Source: a virus
Taxonomy: Duplodnaviria; Caudoviricetes
Virus record (IMG/VR): IMGVR_UViG_3300047323_000190
Span: 1,346 to 65,345 of that record
Length of the DNA: 64,000 nt
Reading direction: 5' to 3' (one strand)
This document shows, one piece after another, positions 55,764-64,000 of the stretch (within the stretch, counting starts at the first letter, position 1; each line of letters begins with the position of its first letter). The notes beneath the pieces were generated by a model that was not told the DNA's origin, did no database searches, and saw only the letters and a list, made by a program, of their open reading frames with translations. Both the position numbers and the translations under genes were made by a program.

Positions 55764-56897
55764 ATGGCGCAAGTCAATCAATGGTCCCTGTCGCAGGCGA
55801 TCGGGAATATGGTCTCGGCCGCTCAAGCCAAAGCCAGAGTCCTGCTCGACTTCACGATCGGCTCAGTCAACCTGGCGATCATCGAAGCCGTCGCGCAGGT
55901 CGTGATATGGCTCGAAGGCCTGATCCTGACGCTGCTTGCAATTACGCGCGCGGCATCGTCGAGCGGTGCCGATCTCGACTCGTGGATGGCCGATTATGGT
56001 CTGACGCGTCTTGCGGCCACGTCGTCAACTGGGCAAGTCACATTCTCGCGTTTCACGCCGACGTTTCAGGCGGTAATTCCAGTTGGCACGGTCATTCAGA
56101 CGGCTGACGGCACGCAGCAATTCACCGTCATTGCCGACACGACGCAAACGGCCTACAGCGCGACGCTTGGCGGATATGTGATCGCCGCGGGCATAACCGC
56201 AGCCGTCGCGACCGTACGAGCCGTCAATGCCGGCACGCAGACCAACGTCCTCGCCAACACGATCACGACGCTGACGACGGCGATTCAGTACGTCGATACG
56301 GTCACGAATGCAGCGAACTTCACGAACGGCGTTGATTCTGAGACGGACACGGCTTTCCGCGCCCGCTTCGTCACCTATATCAACAGCCTGTCTAAGGCCA
56401 CGAAGGCAGCGATTGGCGCAGCGATTCTGGCTGTTCAGCAGGGGTTGCAATACACGCTGATTGAGAACCAGACCTATGCCGGCGCGACGCAAATGGGTAA
56501 TTTCGTTGTTGTCGTCGACGACGGATCGGGTTCCCCGCCATCACCCCTGCTGGCGAGCGTCAGCAATGCGATTGACGCAGTGCGGCCATTCACCAGTACG
56601 TTTGATGTGCATGCGCCAGTTGTCGTAAGTGTGACGGTCGCCATGACCATTACGACGGCTACCGGCTATACACATTCGACGCTGGTCTCGACGGTGCAGG
56701 CGGCGCTGCTCAGTTATATCAACACACTCCCGCTCGGCACGTCGCTGGCCTATAGCCGGTTGGCTCAGGTCGCATATGACGCATCTCCTGGCGTAACGAA
56801 CGTGACCGCGGTAACGCTGAATGCGGGCACGTCTGACGTTACAGCGACGAATCTCCAGGTCATCAAGACAAACTCTGGCGCGATCACGGTGAGCTAA
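55764..56897 (+). CDS. Baseplate J-like protein
   Basis: A.G..LD.....GL.R..AT...G.V.F; G.D.ETD..FR.R. Confidence 0.9.
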   Translation: MAQVNQWSLSQAIGNMVSAAQAKARVLLDFTIGSVNLAIIEAVAQVVIWLEGLILTLLAITRAASSSGADLDSWMADYGLTRLAATSSTGQVTFSRFTPTFQAVIPVGTVIQTADGTQQFTVIADTTQTAYSATLGGYVIAAGITAAVATVRAVNAGTQTNVLANTITTLTTAIQYVDTVTNAANFTNGVDSETDTAFRARFVTYINSLSKATKAAIGAAILAVQQGLQYTLIENQTYAGATQMGNFVVVVDDGSGSPPSPLLASVSNAIDAVRPFTSTFDVHAPVVVSVTVAMTITTATGYTHSTLVSTVQAALLSYINTLPLGTSLAYSRLAQVAYDASPGVTNVTAVTLNAGTSDVTATNLQVIKTNSGAITVS

Positions 56898-57571
56898 TGT
56901 CGACGGGAGATTCTAACGATGTGTTTTCGCGGCTAAAGGCTGCGTTGCCGCAACGCTGGTTCGGATCGACTTCCGATTCGATGCCAGTTGTCGATTCGGT
57001 GCTGGCCGCTGCCACGACTGCGCTGAGCTTCATCTATTCGCTATATGCGTACGCAAAACTTCAGACGCGCATCAAGACCGCGACTGACGGTTATCTGGAT
57101 CTCATCGCAGCCGATTTCTTCGGCACATCGATACAGCGAAAGGCCAACCAAACCGACGCATCCTTCCGAGCGACGATTATCGCGAACATGTTTCGCGAGC
57201 GCGCGACGAGAAATGCAATCGTCAAGGTTCTGCAAGACCTGACCGGGCGAACGCCAAAGATCATCGAGCCGAAGCGTCCCGCAGATACGGGCGCTTACGG
57301 CGGGCCTCTGATCGGTTATGGCCTCGCCGGCGCATATGGGTCACTGCAAATGCCATATCAGGCGTTTGTCATTGCCTACCGACCACTCGGAACCGGCATC
57401 CCATCGGTCGCCGGCTACGGCGTCTCGACTGGCGCGTACAGCACAGCCTCGCAAGCCGAATGGGCATCGCTCTCGATGATCCAGGGCGCCGTGACAGATG
57501 CAGACATCTATGCAGCAATCGATTCAGTTCGCCCTGCTGCCACGATCGTCTGGACCAACATTTCTTCGTAA
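56897..57571 (+). CDS. Baseplate wedge protein (gpI-like)
   Basis: TAT..YLD.IA.DFFG....R....D..FR. Confidence 0.75.
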   Translation: MSTGDSNDVFSRLKAALPQRWFGSTSDSMPVVDSVLAAATTALSFIYSLYAYAKLQTRIKTATDGYLDLIAADFFGTSIQRKANQTDASFRATIIANMFRERATRNAIVKVLQDLTGRTPKIIEPKRPADTGAYGGPLIGYGLAGAYGSLQMPYQAFVIAYRPLGTGIPSVAGYGVSTGAYSTASQAEWASLSMIQGAVTDADIYAAIDSVRPAATIVWTNISS

Positions 57572-57589
57572 GCAAAACACGCTTGCATC

Positions 57590-57612
57590 AAGCCGCCTCC
57601 GGGCGGCTTTTT
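57590..57612 (+). terminator. Terminator-like hairpin
   Basis: AAGCCGCC-TCCG-GGCGGCTTTTT. Confidence 0.75.
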
Positions 57613-57628
57613 CATTTGAGAAGCCAAT

Positions 57629-59368
57629 ATGACTGATCGCGTAATCGTCTACGCCGGGTCCATTCCCTTGGAAACCGACGTTCTTCGCAGCAACAAATTT
57701 GCGATGGTCGGAATCGCGAAGCTCGCCGCGGCGATGCTGGGCACGTCCACCATTGTGAATGGGCTGGCGTGCGTGCCGACCGGGCCCGCGTCGCTGACAG
57801 TGAACGTGAATCCGGGCGAGATTTACAGCCTGGTCAGCATGGATGCGACGGCATACTCGTCCGTGGCTGCCGACACGACACACCAGATCATGAAGAGCGG
57901 CATTCTGCTCGACGCGGTCAACCTGTCATGCCCTGCTCCGGGGACAGTCGGTCAGAGCATTAACTACCTGGTGCAAGTGATCTATCAGGATAGCGACACC
58001 GACCTGACGGCTCTGCCCTACTACAACGCAGCAAACCCGACACAGGCGTGGAGCGGCCCGAACAACAGCGGCACACCTCAGGCGACGACTCGCAAGGGCA
58101 TCATTACTATGTCCGCGAAGGCTGGCGCTGCCGCTGCGACTGGCTCGCAAACGACGCCCGCTCCAGACGCCGGTTACACCGGCCTGTGGGTCGTCACCGT
58201 CGCGAACGGTCAAACGCAGATCCTCGCCGGCAACATCGCGCAGTACGCTGGCGCTCCGATCCTCCCGTCGTCCCTGCTTGCCTCTATCCAGAACGGCAAT
58301 CTGTCGTATGCGGTTGCCACTGGCACGGCTAACGCGCACGTCGCGGCCTTCACTCCCGCTATCACGCAGCGTGTTGACGGCATGTTGCTGCGCTACAAGG
58401 CACCCGCTGCCAATACTGGCGCACTGACGCTCAATGATGGTCTGGGGGCAGTCGCTGTCGTCGGTGCTGCTCACGCAGCGCTGCAGGGCGGCGAAACCAT
58501 CACGAACGGCGACGCGCTGGTGATGTGGAACAGCTCGATCGGCGGCGGCTCGTACATCCTCATCGAATGCACTGGTGGCGCCCTCCAAATCGCCCCCGCC
58601 ACTGCAAGCCAGCATGCGGTGCAGTTGGGGCAGGTTTCGGGTGTTGTGGGGACTGCGCGGAATCTGGCTGCCTATCTTGCCGCAGCGAGTGCCTCAGCGA
58701 CTTTCACGGCAGACGAGATTGTCGTGGAAAGCACTCTTGGGGGTCTGCGTTACTGTCTGCCGAGCTATAGCCAGACGATCAACCTTGCCACGACCGGCGC
58801 GGGTGGCATGGACACCGGGACGGCTCCGGTTTCGGGTTACGTTGCGCTGTACGCGATCTATAAGCCGAGCACAAACACGATTAGCATTCTGGCAACGAAT
58901 GCCGCTTCGCTCGTTGGAAATGTATACGGTGGCGCGAATATGCCGTCCGGCTATACGGCAAGCGCACTTCTGATGGTATGGCCTACCAATGGCAGCTCGC
59001 AGTTGGTACAGGGGCTTACGCAGGATCGGGAGTTTAGCCGGATTTTCAATCAAGTCCTGAGTTCGACATCTACGCCAGCCTCCTTTACTTCACTGTCAAT
59101 CAGTGGCGTAGTCCCGGCGAATGCAAAAAGCGTATCGGGAACGATACAAATTTCAAGCAGCGCGACAGCGACTTCGCAACTATTCGTGGCTGGTGATGCC
59201 AACGGGTTGGGGCGCCGATATGTTGTCGGTAGCAATCCTTCGACAGCATTTTCGGCTGGGGCGCCGTTCGATGCTCGGCTCCAGACGTCTCAAACCTTGT
59301 ACTGGTCTTCAACCACCAATGGTGGAACATTGACGTCAATCATCGAAATCTCCCGTTATTCTATCTAA
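57629..59368 (+). CDS. Tail fibre protein
   Basis: Follows baseplate; modular Thr/Ala/Gly-rich; lower-GC C-terminus. Confidence 0.85.
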   Translation: MTDRVIVYAGSIPLETDVLRSNKFAMVGIAKLAAAMLGTSTIVNGLACVPTGPASLTVNVNPGEIYSLVSMDATAYSSVAADTTHQIMKSGILLDAVNLSCPAPGTVGQSINYLVQVIYQDSDTDLTALPYYNAANPTQAWSGPNNSGTPQATTRKGIITMSAKAGAAAATGSQTTPAPDAGYTGLWVVTVANGQTQILAGNIAQYAGAPILPSSLLASIQNGNLSYAVATGTANAHVAAFTPAITQRVDGMLLRYKAPAANTGALTLNDGLGAVAVVGAAHAALQGGETITNGDALVMWNSSIGGGSYILIECTGGALQIAPATASQHAVQLGQVSGVVGTARNLAAYLAAASASATFTADEIVVESTLGGLRYCLPSYSQTINLATTGAGGMDTGTAPVSGYVALYAIYKPSTNTISILATNAASLVGNVYGGANMPSGYTASALLMVWPTNGSSQLVQGLTQDREFSRIFNQVLSSTSTPASFTSLSISGVVPANAKSVSGTIQISSSATATSQLFVAGDANGLGRRYVVGSNPSTAFSAGAPFDARLQTSQTLYWSSTTNGGTLTSIIEISRYSI

Positions 59369-59377
59369 GGGCGCGAT

Positions 59378-59569
59378 ATGGCACAAACTCTCAATGTCCA
59401 GTTTGCCGATTCGACCGACGTGACGATCGTCTCGTATTTTGGCGGCCCGCAAAATCCGGCCGCATACGCGAATCTTGGCACGGTCAGCACGACAGACGCA
59501 CGATGGTCGACGTTCTATGCGGCGCTCCCGGCCTCGGCGCAGCCGGGAGTCCCCGCGCCGGGGGCGTGA
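59378..59569 (+). CDS. Putative tail fibre chaperone
   Basis: VQF.D.....I.S.F..PQ...D.RW..FY; follows fibre gene. Confidence 0.65.
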   Translation: MAQTLNVQFADSTDVTIVSYFGGPQNPAAYANLGTVSTTDARWSTFYAALPASAQPGVPAPGA

Positions 59570-59620
59570 TCGAGAATTTCAACGTCGTTGTACAATGCCC
59601 TCGCCATTCCGGGGGATTGT

Positions 59621-60745
59621 ATGAAGAAACTTGATAGCCTGACGGCGCTACGATTTTTCGCTGCCGCTTCAATTGTGATTGAGCATAGTCGATCGGCATT
59701 CCAGTCGATGAACTGGATCCCGAACTTTCATTATGATTTCGGTGTCAGTTTCTTCTTCGTGCTGTCGGGGTTCATTCTCTGTTACGCCTACCGTGATTTT
59801 GAGGGCGCGGCCAGCGTGCGTGATTTCTACGTCGCGCGTATAGCCAGGATATGGCCTCTGCATATATTCATGCTTTGCGCGTTCCTTCTTTCCATGCCCA
59901 AATCAGCATGGTTTTTTGGATGGACAGATAGTTATCATATTGCAATTCTTCTTTCAAACATTCTTCTCGTTCACGCATGGATTCCGGTTGTTGCTTTCTT
60001 TTTTGGGATGAATGCGGTTTCGTGGAGCATATCGACTGAGGCATTCTTTTACCTGATTTTTCCAGTCCTTCGTCATCGCTGGGAGCAAACGTGGCACTGG
60101 AAATCCCTGATAATCGGGCTTCTCGCCTTCGGCATCCTCGCGGCGACGACCGTGCATGGCGTGCCATCGATCGACGTTCAAAAGCCGCTGGCCGCCTCGG
60201 ATCAGGGAATCGGCTACATCTCTCCATTCGTTCGCATAATCGAATTTGCGATGGGCATGTTGGCTGCGAATGTCTATTCCGCCGCCAAGAAAAGAAAATT
60301 ATCTGAGAGCATTGCGGTATGGACGGTGCTAGAGATAGTTTCCATATCGTTGGTGGTATTGATTAACCAAATTGATAAGCACAATCCCGATCCGTCGCCT
60401 TGGACTTATTTTCTCGTAGATTCTCCGGCAGCTCCAGCATTCATGCTGGTCGTTGTTATTTTTGCGTTTGGTAAAGGTCTGATATCAAAATCGGTTTCTG
60501 TAAGACCGCTGGTAGTCCTCGGAGAGGCGAGCTTCGCTCTGTATCTATCACACCTACTCCTGTACAGGATATTCGACGATCACAGGGCTTTCTTTACCGC
60601 GCCCGATGCGGTGCTCTGCATTGGGTATTGGGCCACTGCTATCGCAGTATCGATGCTGCTGTGGCGCTTCGTCGAGACCCCGGCGCGAGACTGGATTCGA
60701 AACCGGGGCCGTCGAGAAACAATCACCACGTCTGCGGCGGTCTAA
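59621..60745 (+). CDS. Acyltransferase_3 (OafA-like) membrane O-acyltransferase
   Basis: LT.LR..AA..IV..H, GV.FFFVLSGF, RI.RI.PL, WS.S.E..FY, LGE.SF.LYL.H, VE.P; low GC. Confidence 0.93.
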   Translation: MKKLDSLTALRFFAAASIVIEHSRSAFQSMNWIPNFHYDFGVSFFFVLSGFILCYAYRDFEGAASVRDFYVARIARIWPLHIFMLCAFLLSMPKSAWFFGWTDSYHIAILLSNILLVHAWIPVVAFFFGMNAVSWSISTEAFFYLIFPVLRHRWEQTWHWKSLIIGLLAFGILAATTVHGVPSIDVQKPLAASDQGIGYISPFVRIIEFAMGMLAANVYSAAKKRKLSESIAVWTVLEIVSISLVVLINQIDKHNPDPSPWTYFLVDSPAAPAFMLVVVIFAFGKGLISKSVSVRPLVVLGEASFALYLSHLLLYRIFDDHRAFFTAPDAVLCIGYWATAIAVSMLLWRFVETPARDWIRNRGRRETITTSAAV

Positions 60746-61557
60746 AACTTCACCTTCAACTCTACTGTCGTTATGTCGTTCCACAGCGGCGGCACATTCC
60801 GGTTCCGGCTGTTCAGCCCCGTGAAGTAATGCCGTGCGGCGACACTGAACCGACCGTAGCCGACCGAGACGCCGACTACGGGCGCGACGGCCCAGTAAGC
60901 GTCCGACAGGTGCATGGTTTGTGGCGGTACGCCGCCCACCTGCCAGCCAGCGATGTCCTCGGACCATGAATCGCGGTGGATGTACGCGCCGGCCTCCGCG
61001 CCGAAGCGGAACCCGTACGCCCAGTAATAGGCCTCAGCGGTCAATGCGGCACCCTGCGATCGACCCTCGCCAGTGAAGTAGGCTGTCGGCACTGCGACCT
61101 TCGGCGTGTACGTGTGCGCCTTCGGGTCGTAATTCTCGTCCATCGGCGTGCACGAACATGCTGCGGCGAAGCGGCCAAGATTAACGTAGTCCGCATGCCA
61201 GTCCAGCCCCCAGGCGCCGCGCGTCATCAGCGCCCCTGTTAGGCCAAGGGAGAACGTCGGCGGCTTGGCGGTGACATGTGAGCCGCCTGGAATACCCTGT
61301 TGCGCCCATCGACCATCAGGCGTATCGGCCTTGGAAAAGCCGATGCCAGCCTGAACGTGGATGCCGAACGGATGCGCGACGTAATCGTCGATGATGTCGG
61401 CCCGAGCCGACGCTGCAGCACAGCCCAGCATCATGGCTACCGCAGCCGCACGCCAGCGCGAACCCGGCTTACGATTCGCCCCCGTGACGGCAACCGGCTT
61501 GCGGACAGCGCGGCGAACGCGCGAGGATTGAACCACCCGATTGTGATTGGTTTGCAT
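60742..61557 (-). CDS. Outer-membrane beta-barrel protein
   Basis: Long Arg-rich signal peptide ending ARA; alternating beta strands; C-terminal VELKVKF. Confidence 0.7.
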   Translation of the reverse strand: MQTNHNRVVQSSRVRRAVRKPVAVTGANRKPGSRWRAAAVAMMLGCAAASARADIIDDYVAHPFGIHVQAGIGFSKADTPDGRWAQQGIPGGSHVTAKPPTFSLGLTGALMTRGAWGLDWHADYVNLGRFAAACSCTPMDENYDPKAHTYTPKVAVPTAYFTGEGRSQGAALTAEAYYWAYGFRFGAEAGAYIHRDSWSEDIAGWQVGGVPPQTMHLSDAYWAVAPVVGVSVGYGRFSVAARHYFTGLNSRNRNVPPLWNDITTVELKVKF

Positions 61558-62699
61558 TATTTTGCTCCAACGATGTTCTGAACGAGCGGCGCAAGAATGG
61601 CGGCCTGCCGCTGGGCCTTGATTGCGTAAATGGCGTTGTCCGGATAGATGCCTGCCGTGTAGTGCGAGCACAGGTTCGGGATCGTCTGCATGTAGTCGTA
61701 CTGCTTCACGATCGGGACGCTGTACTGCGCCGCGATGTTGTCCATCACAGACACGTAGTTCGCAAGATATGGCCGACTGTCATCGCAGACCGGGCCAGGC
61801 TCTTCGAGGACGGCGACCTTACCTGATGCCCTGACGGCTTGAACCCATGCCACTAGCGCATCCGAATATGGTCCGAGAGATTGCGACAGGTCATCATTGA
61901 CCGCGTGCGCGTCCAGAACGATCTGAGCCTTCGATGAAAGGATGCGCTGGGCGAACGGAGGGCCACCACCGTCGACGCCGTTCATCATGTTCACCACCGT
62001 CGACGCCGTACCGCCTTCTGCCCTGTTGTCGACCGTTACCGTGCTGCCAAACTGCGCTTGCAGGATAGTCTGAGTGTCGGCGGGCTCGCTCTGCGGATTG
62101 AACGCGTAGAACGGCGGCGAAGAGCCGAACATTGCATCATCACCGTGAATCTCGACCACAACAGGCGTCACGGGCTTGGCAGGCGTATCCGGATTACCGG
62201 GCGGCTCCGAAGCAACAGGCGCTGATGCTGCTGGTGCAGACGCAGCAACCGGAGCTGATGCCTCAGAGGCCGCCGGAATCGGCGTTGCGGTAAGTACGGG
62301 CTTCGCAGTCGCAGTCGTGACGGGCTTATCGTTGCCGCCACAAGCGGTCAGGCAGACCGTTAGTCCTGCGATGACTCCGGATCGCCAGCGGGAACCTGCT
62401 CCACGTGCGCTCCGAACGTCTCCATCATCTTCAGAACGCGGTCGAACTCTTCTGGTGTCAGCGCCATTCGAGCTGCGCCCAGAAACGCCATGTGCGGGTT
62501 CATCTTGCGCGGTTCGTTTCCGCCCGTATATTTGCGCCACTGGTGATCGCCGCCCAACCAGAACAGTTCGGCCATCTCCTTGCCTGTCGCATTGCGACGG
62601 CGCTTGAGGTCCGCCAAGTCTTCTGTCGATGGTTCGCTGAATTGGATTGGCATGTCTTCTGGGTGCGCGATCGAGGCGCGTGCGAAAGCAGAGTTTCAT
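61557..62699 (-). CDS. SGNH/GDSL-like hydrolase lipoprotein, start uncertain
   Basis: LTA-C lipobox, Pro/Ala linker, block-like motifs HGDD, N.A.GG, ND, GIYP. Confidence 0.65.
   Translation of the reverse strand: MKLCFRTRLDRAPRRHANPIQRTIDRRLGGPQAPSQCDRQGDGRTVLVGRRSPVAQIYGRKRTAQDEPAHGVSGRSSNGADTRRVRPRSEDDGDVRSARGAGSRWRSGVIAGLTVCLTACGGNDKPVTTATAKPVLTATPIPAASEASAPVAASAPAASAPVASEPPGNPDTPAKPVTPVVVEIHGDDAMFGSSPPFYAFNPQSEPADTQTILQAQFGSTVTVDNRAEGGTASTVVNMMNGVDGGGPPFAQRILSSKAQIVLDAHAVNDDLSQSLGPYSDALVAWVQAVRASGKVAVLEEPGPVCDDSRPYLANYVSVMDNIAAQYSVPIVKQYDYMQTIPNLCSHYTAGIYPDNAIYAIKAQRQAAILAPLVQNIVGAK
62360..62653 (-). CDS. XRE-like HTH regulator
   Basis: P..EDL..LK.....G.EMA.LF......QWRKYTGG..PR.M. Confidence 0.75.
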   Translation of the reverse strand: MPIQFSEPSTEDLADLKRRRNATGKEMAELFWLGGDHQWRKYTGGNEPRKMNPHMAFLGAARMALTPEEFDRVLKMMETFGAHVEQVPAGDPESSQD

Positions 62700-62755
62700 C
62701 GGATACGTCCTTTCGGGTTGGTGGGCTGCGCGGTTGCGCTACCTCTGGGACGAAT

Positions 62756-62783
62756 ATTAGACCCAATGGGGCTACATCGTCAA
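62756..62783 (-). promoter_or_regulatory. Moron promoter with palindromic operator
   Basis: TTGACG-16-TCTAAT; imperfect palindrome TAGCCCCATTGGGTCTA in the spacer. Confidence 0.55.
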
Positions 62784-62813
62784 GTGTCCACGTGTGAAAT
62801 TTTCGGGACAAAT

Positions 62814-62848
62814 GAAAAAGCCGCCGAGCTTTCGCGGGGCGGCTTGTT
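62814..62848 (-). terminator. Terminator
   Basis: AAGCCGCC...GGCGGCTT with U-tract on the minus strand. Confidence 0.75.
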
Positions 62849-62877
62849 TCGATTGATCGGGTGTTATGCGTGCGCTG

Positions 62878-63054
62878 CTATTCAGCAGGGCGACTGGCGG
62901 CCTCTCGTATCCGTGCTCGCGCCTTCTCGGCATCAATCTTTGCTGACTCGATCACCGCGGGGTCATCCGACTCTGCTGCGGCATCAAGGTACGCCCTGAT
63001 TACCTCCTCGCTATCAAGGTGATCTGCGATATTAAATTGCGAAATCTTGGCCAT
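62878..63054 (-). CDS. Truncated addiction-module antidote (HI1420-like N-terminal half only)
   Basis: F..ADHLDSEE.I.AYL.AA.E.DDP; AAGGAGG SD; no HTH. Confidence 0.75.
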   Translation of the reverse strand: MAKISQFNIADHLDSEEVIRAYLDAAAESDDPAVIESAKIDAEKARARIREAASRPAE

Positions 63055-63700
63055 GATTAACCTCCTTGTGGACACCTTGGGTGGGTAGCGGTTGCGCGAC
63101 GAACCTAATCCCTAATGCCCGAGTGAGTTTGAGAACCGTTTCAAGACGAGGCTTCGCGCCAGGAGCCAAGGCCTTGTACAGGCTTTCACGGCCAAGCCCA
63201 GTGTCGTCGGCGATCTGGGTCATGCCTTTAGCCCTCACAACGGCAGCGAGAGCCTGTAAAAATTTATCTGGATCAATGCCGTCAATCGAAGAGCCCAGGA
63301 AGGAGGCGATTGCCTCGGTGCTGCCAGCGTAACTGGATGCATTAAGACGAGAAACCCTAGTGGCCAATTGCCTTTTGCGGGCCTCCTCGCGCTCTTCAAG
63401 GCTGCGAACGGCAGTATCCACCTGCAATTTTGCATTGTAGAGCCTGTCTCGTGTTCTAGCGTCAATCTGTTCCTGTTCCCGGGGGCTCAACTGGTCAGCC
63501 GATACAAACGCTATCTTGGAAAAGATGAACGCCTGTTCGCCGTGCGCATTGAAATCGTCCTGCATGGCCTTGCAATGATGGATTCCGGCTCTCAGGAAGT
63601 AGCGATGTTGCGCCCAACGTCTTTTGAACGAGATGGCCTGCCCGATGTATTGCTTTCCGGCGGGAGAGGTAATCGCATAGATGCCGCAGTCAAAATTCAT
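63032..63700 (-). CDS. GIY-YIG nuclease fused to an HI1420-like antidote HTH domain
   Basis: GIY-x9-YIG..R...H...E...YN; GMTQIA..TGLGRESLYKAL..GAKPR..TV.K...ALG. Confidence 0.85.
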   Translation of the reverse strand: MNFDCGIYAITSPAGKQYIGQAISFKRRWAQHRYFLRAGIHHCKAMQDDFNAHGEQAFIFSKIAFVSADQLSPREQEQIDARTRDRLYNAKLQVDTAVRSLEEREEARKRQLATRVSRLNASSYAGSTEAIASFLGSSIDGIDPDKFLQALAAVVRAKGMTQIADDTGLGRESLYKALAPGAKPRLETVLKLTRALGIRFVAQPLPTQGVHKEVNHGQDFAI

Positions 63701-63828
63701 TTGTTTTTCTTCAGGTAAGCATCGATCGCGCGACGGATGTGTTCGCTGACCGTGATTCCCGTCTTCTCGGACAGGGCTTGCAGGGCAGCAATGATCTGCT
63801 CCGGCAGGAAAAAGTTAAGTCTCTTCAT
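63697..63828 (-). CDS. Ribbon-helix-helix repressor (43 aa, absent from ORF track)
   Basis: MKRLNFFLPEQIIAALQALSEKTGITVSEHIRRAIDAYL; TATAAT 6 nt upstream of ATG suggests leaderless mRNA. Confidence 0.85.
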   Translation of the reverse strand: MKRLNFFLPEQIIAALQALSEKTGITVSEHIRRAIDAYLKKNK

Positions 63829-63873
63829 ACGCACATTATACACACGTTTCAACTTCTATTCCGGGGCTCCCCT

Positions 63874-64000
63874 TTGAACCATTCACACACGCATGGCGAT
63901 GAACGCATCACCGCCCTGGAGCAACGCATGAGCACGATCGAGCAGCAAGTCGGTGATTGGCGCGCTGAGTTATCGACAAACACCGAAGCCACACTGCGCG
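63874..64000 (+). CDS. 5' part of a coiled-coil protein, probably the first lysis-region gene (truncated)
   Basis: TTG-NHSHTHGDERITALEQRMSTIEQQV...; open to window end. Confidence 0.45.
   Translation, partial: MNHSHTHGDERITALEQRMSTIEQQVGDWRAELSTNTEATLR

Larger units (their letters stand above)
1..64000. mobile_element. Temperate myophage genome, nearly complete and circularly permuted
   Basis: Integrase, cI/cro, replication, terminase, portal, capsid, sheath, tube, baseplate and fibre genes in lambdoid order; no host housekeeping genes. Confidence 0.97.

Noticed and set aside
59900-60010. Phase-variable poly-T tracts in the acyltransferase
   Set aside because: Runs are only about 6 nt in a Phe-rich, low-GC membrane gene and the frame is intact
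1-64000. CRISPR array, diversity-generating retroelement or retron
   Set aside because: No regularly spaced repeat-spacer array and no reverse transcriptase motif found; differences in the 7.3/9.5 kb repeat are mostly synonymous, not adenine-specific

Overview
The window is an almost complete, circularly permuted genome of a temperate, GC-rich myophage with lambdoid gene order. A Burkholderiaceae-type host is an inference from GC content and gene families. No host genes are visible and the att region beside the integrase looks intact (attP), so this reads as a virion or excised form. Gene order: end of late operon (Gly/Ser-rich fibre, adaptor, lysis-associated genes) | attP and tyrosine integrase (dusA-associated type) | leftward early accessory and recombination genes | antirepressor-cI-cro switch | replication (O-like, DnaB), helicase, two methyltransferases, nin-like genes, Q-like antiterminator | structured late leader | terminase, portal, capsid, contractile tail, baseplate, fibre | envelope-modification and GIY-YIG morons | start of a probable lysis gene. 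No endolysin lies inside the window. The most unusual observations are: one three-way-junction RNA fold with an anti-SD arm upstream of two unrelated genes; a 40-aa mini-prepilin; two GIY-YIG nucleases fused to borrowed DNA-binding domains; an HNH gene that duplicated and recoded its neighbour's 3' end; a C5-methyltransferase split over two reading frames; a regulator nested inside an SGNH lipoprotein ORF; and a mosaic duplication held together by conserved linker sequences. All family calls come from motif recognition by eye; no database searches were run.
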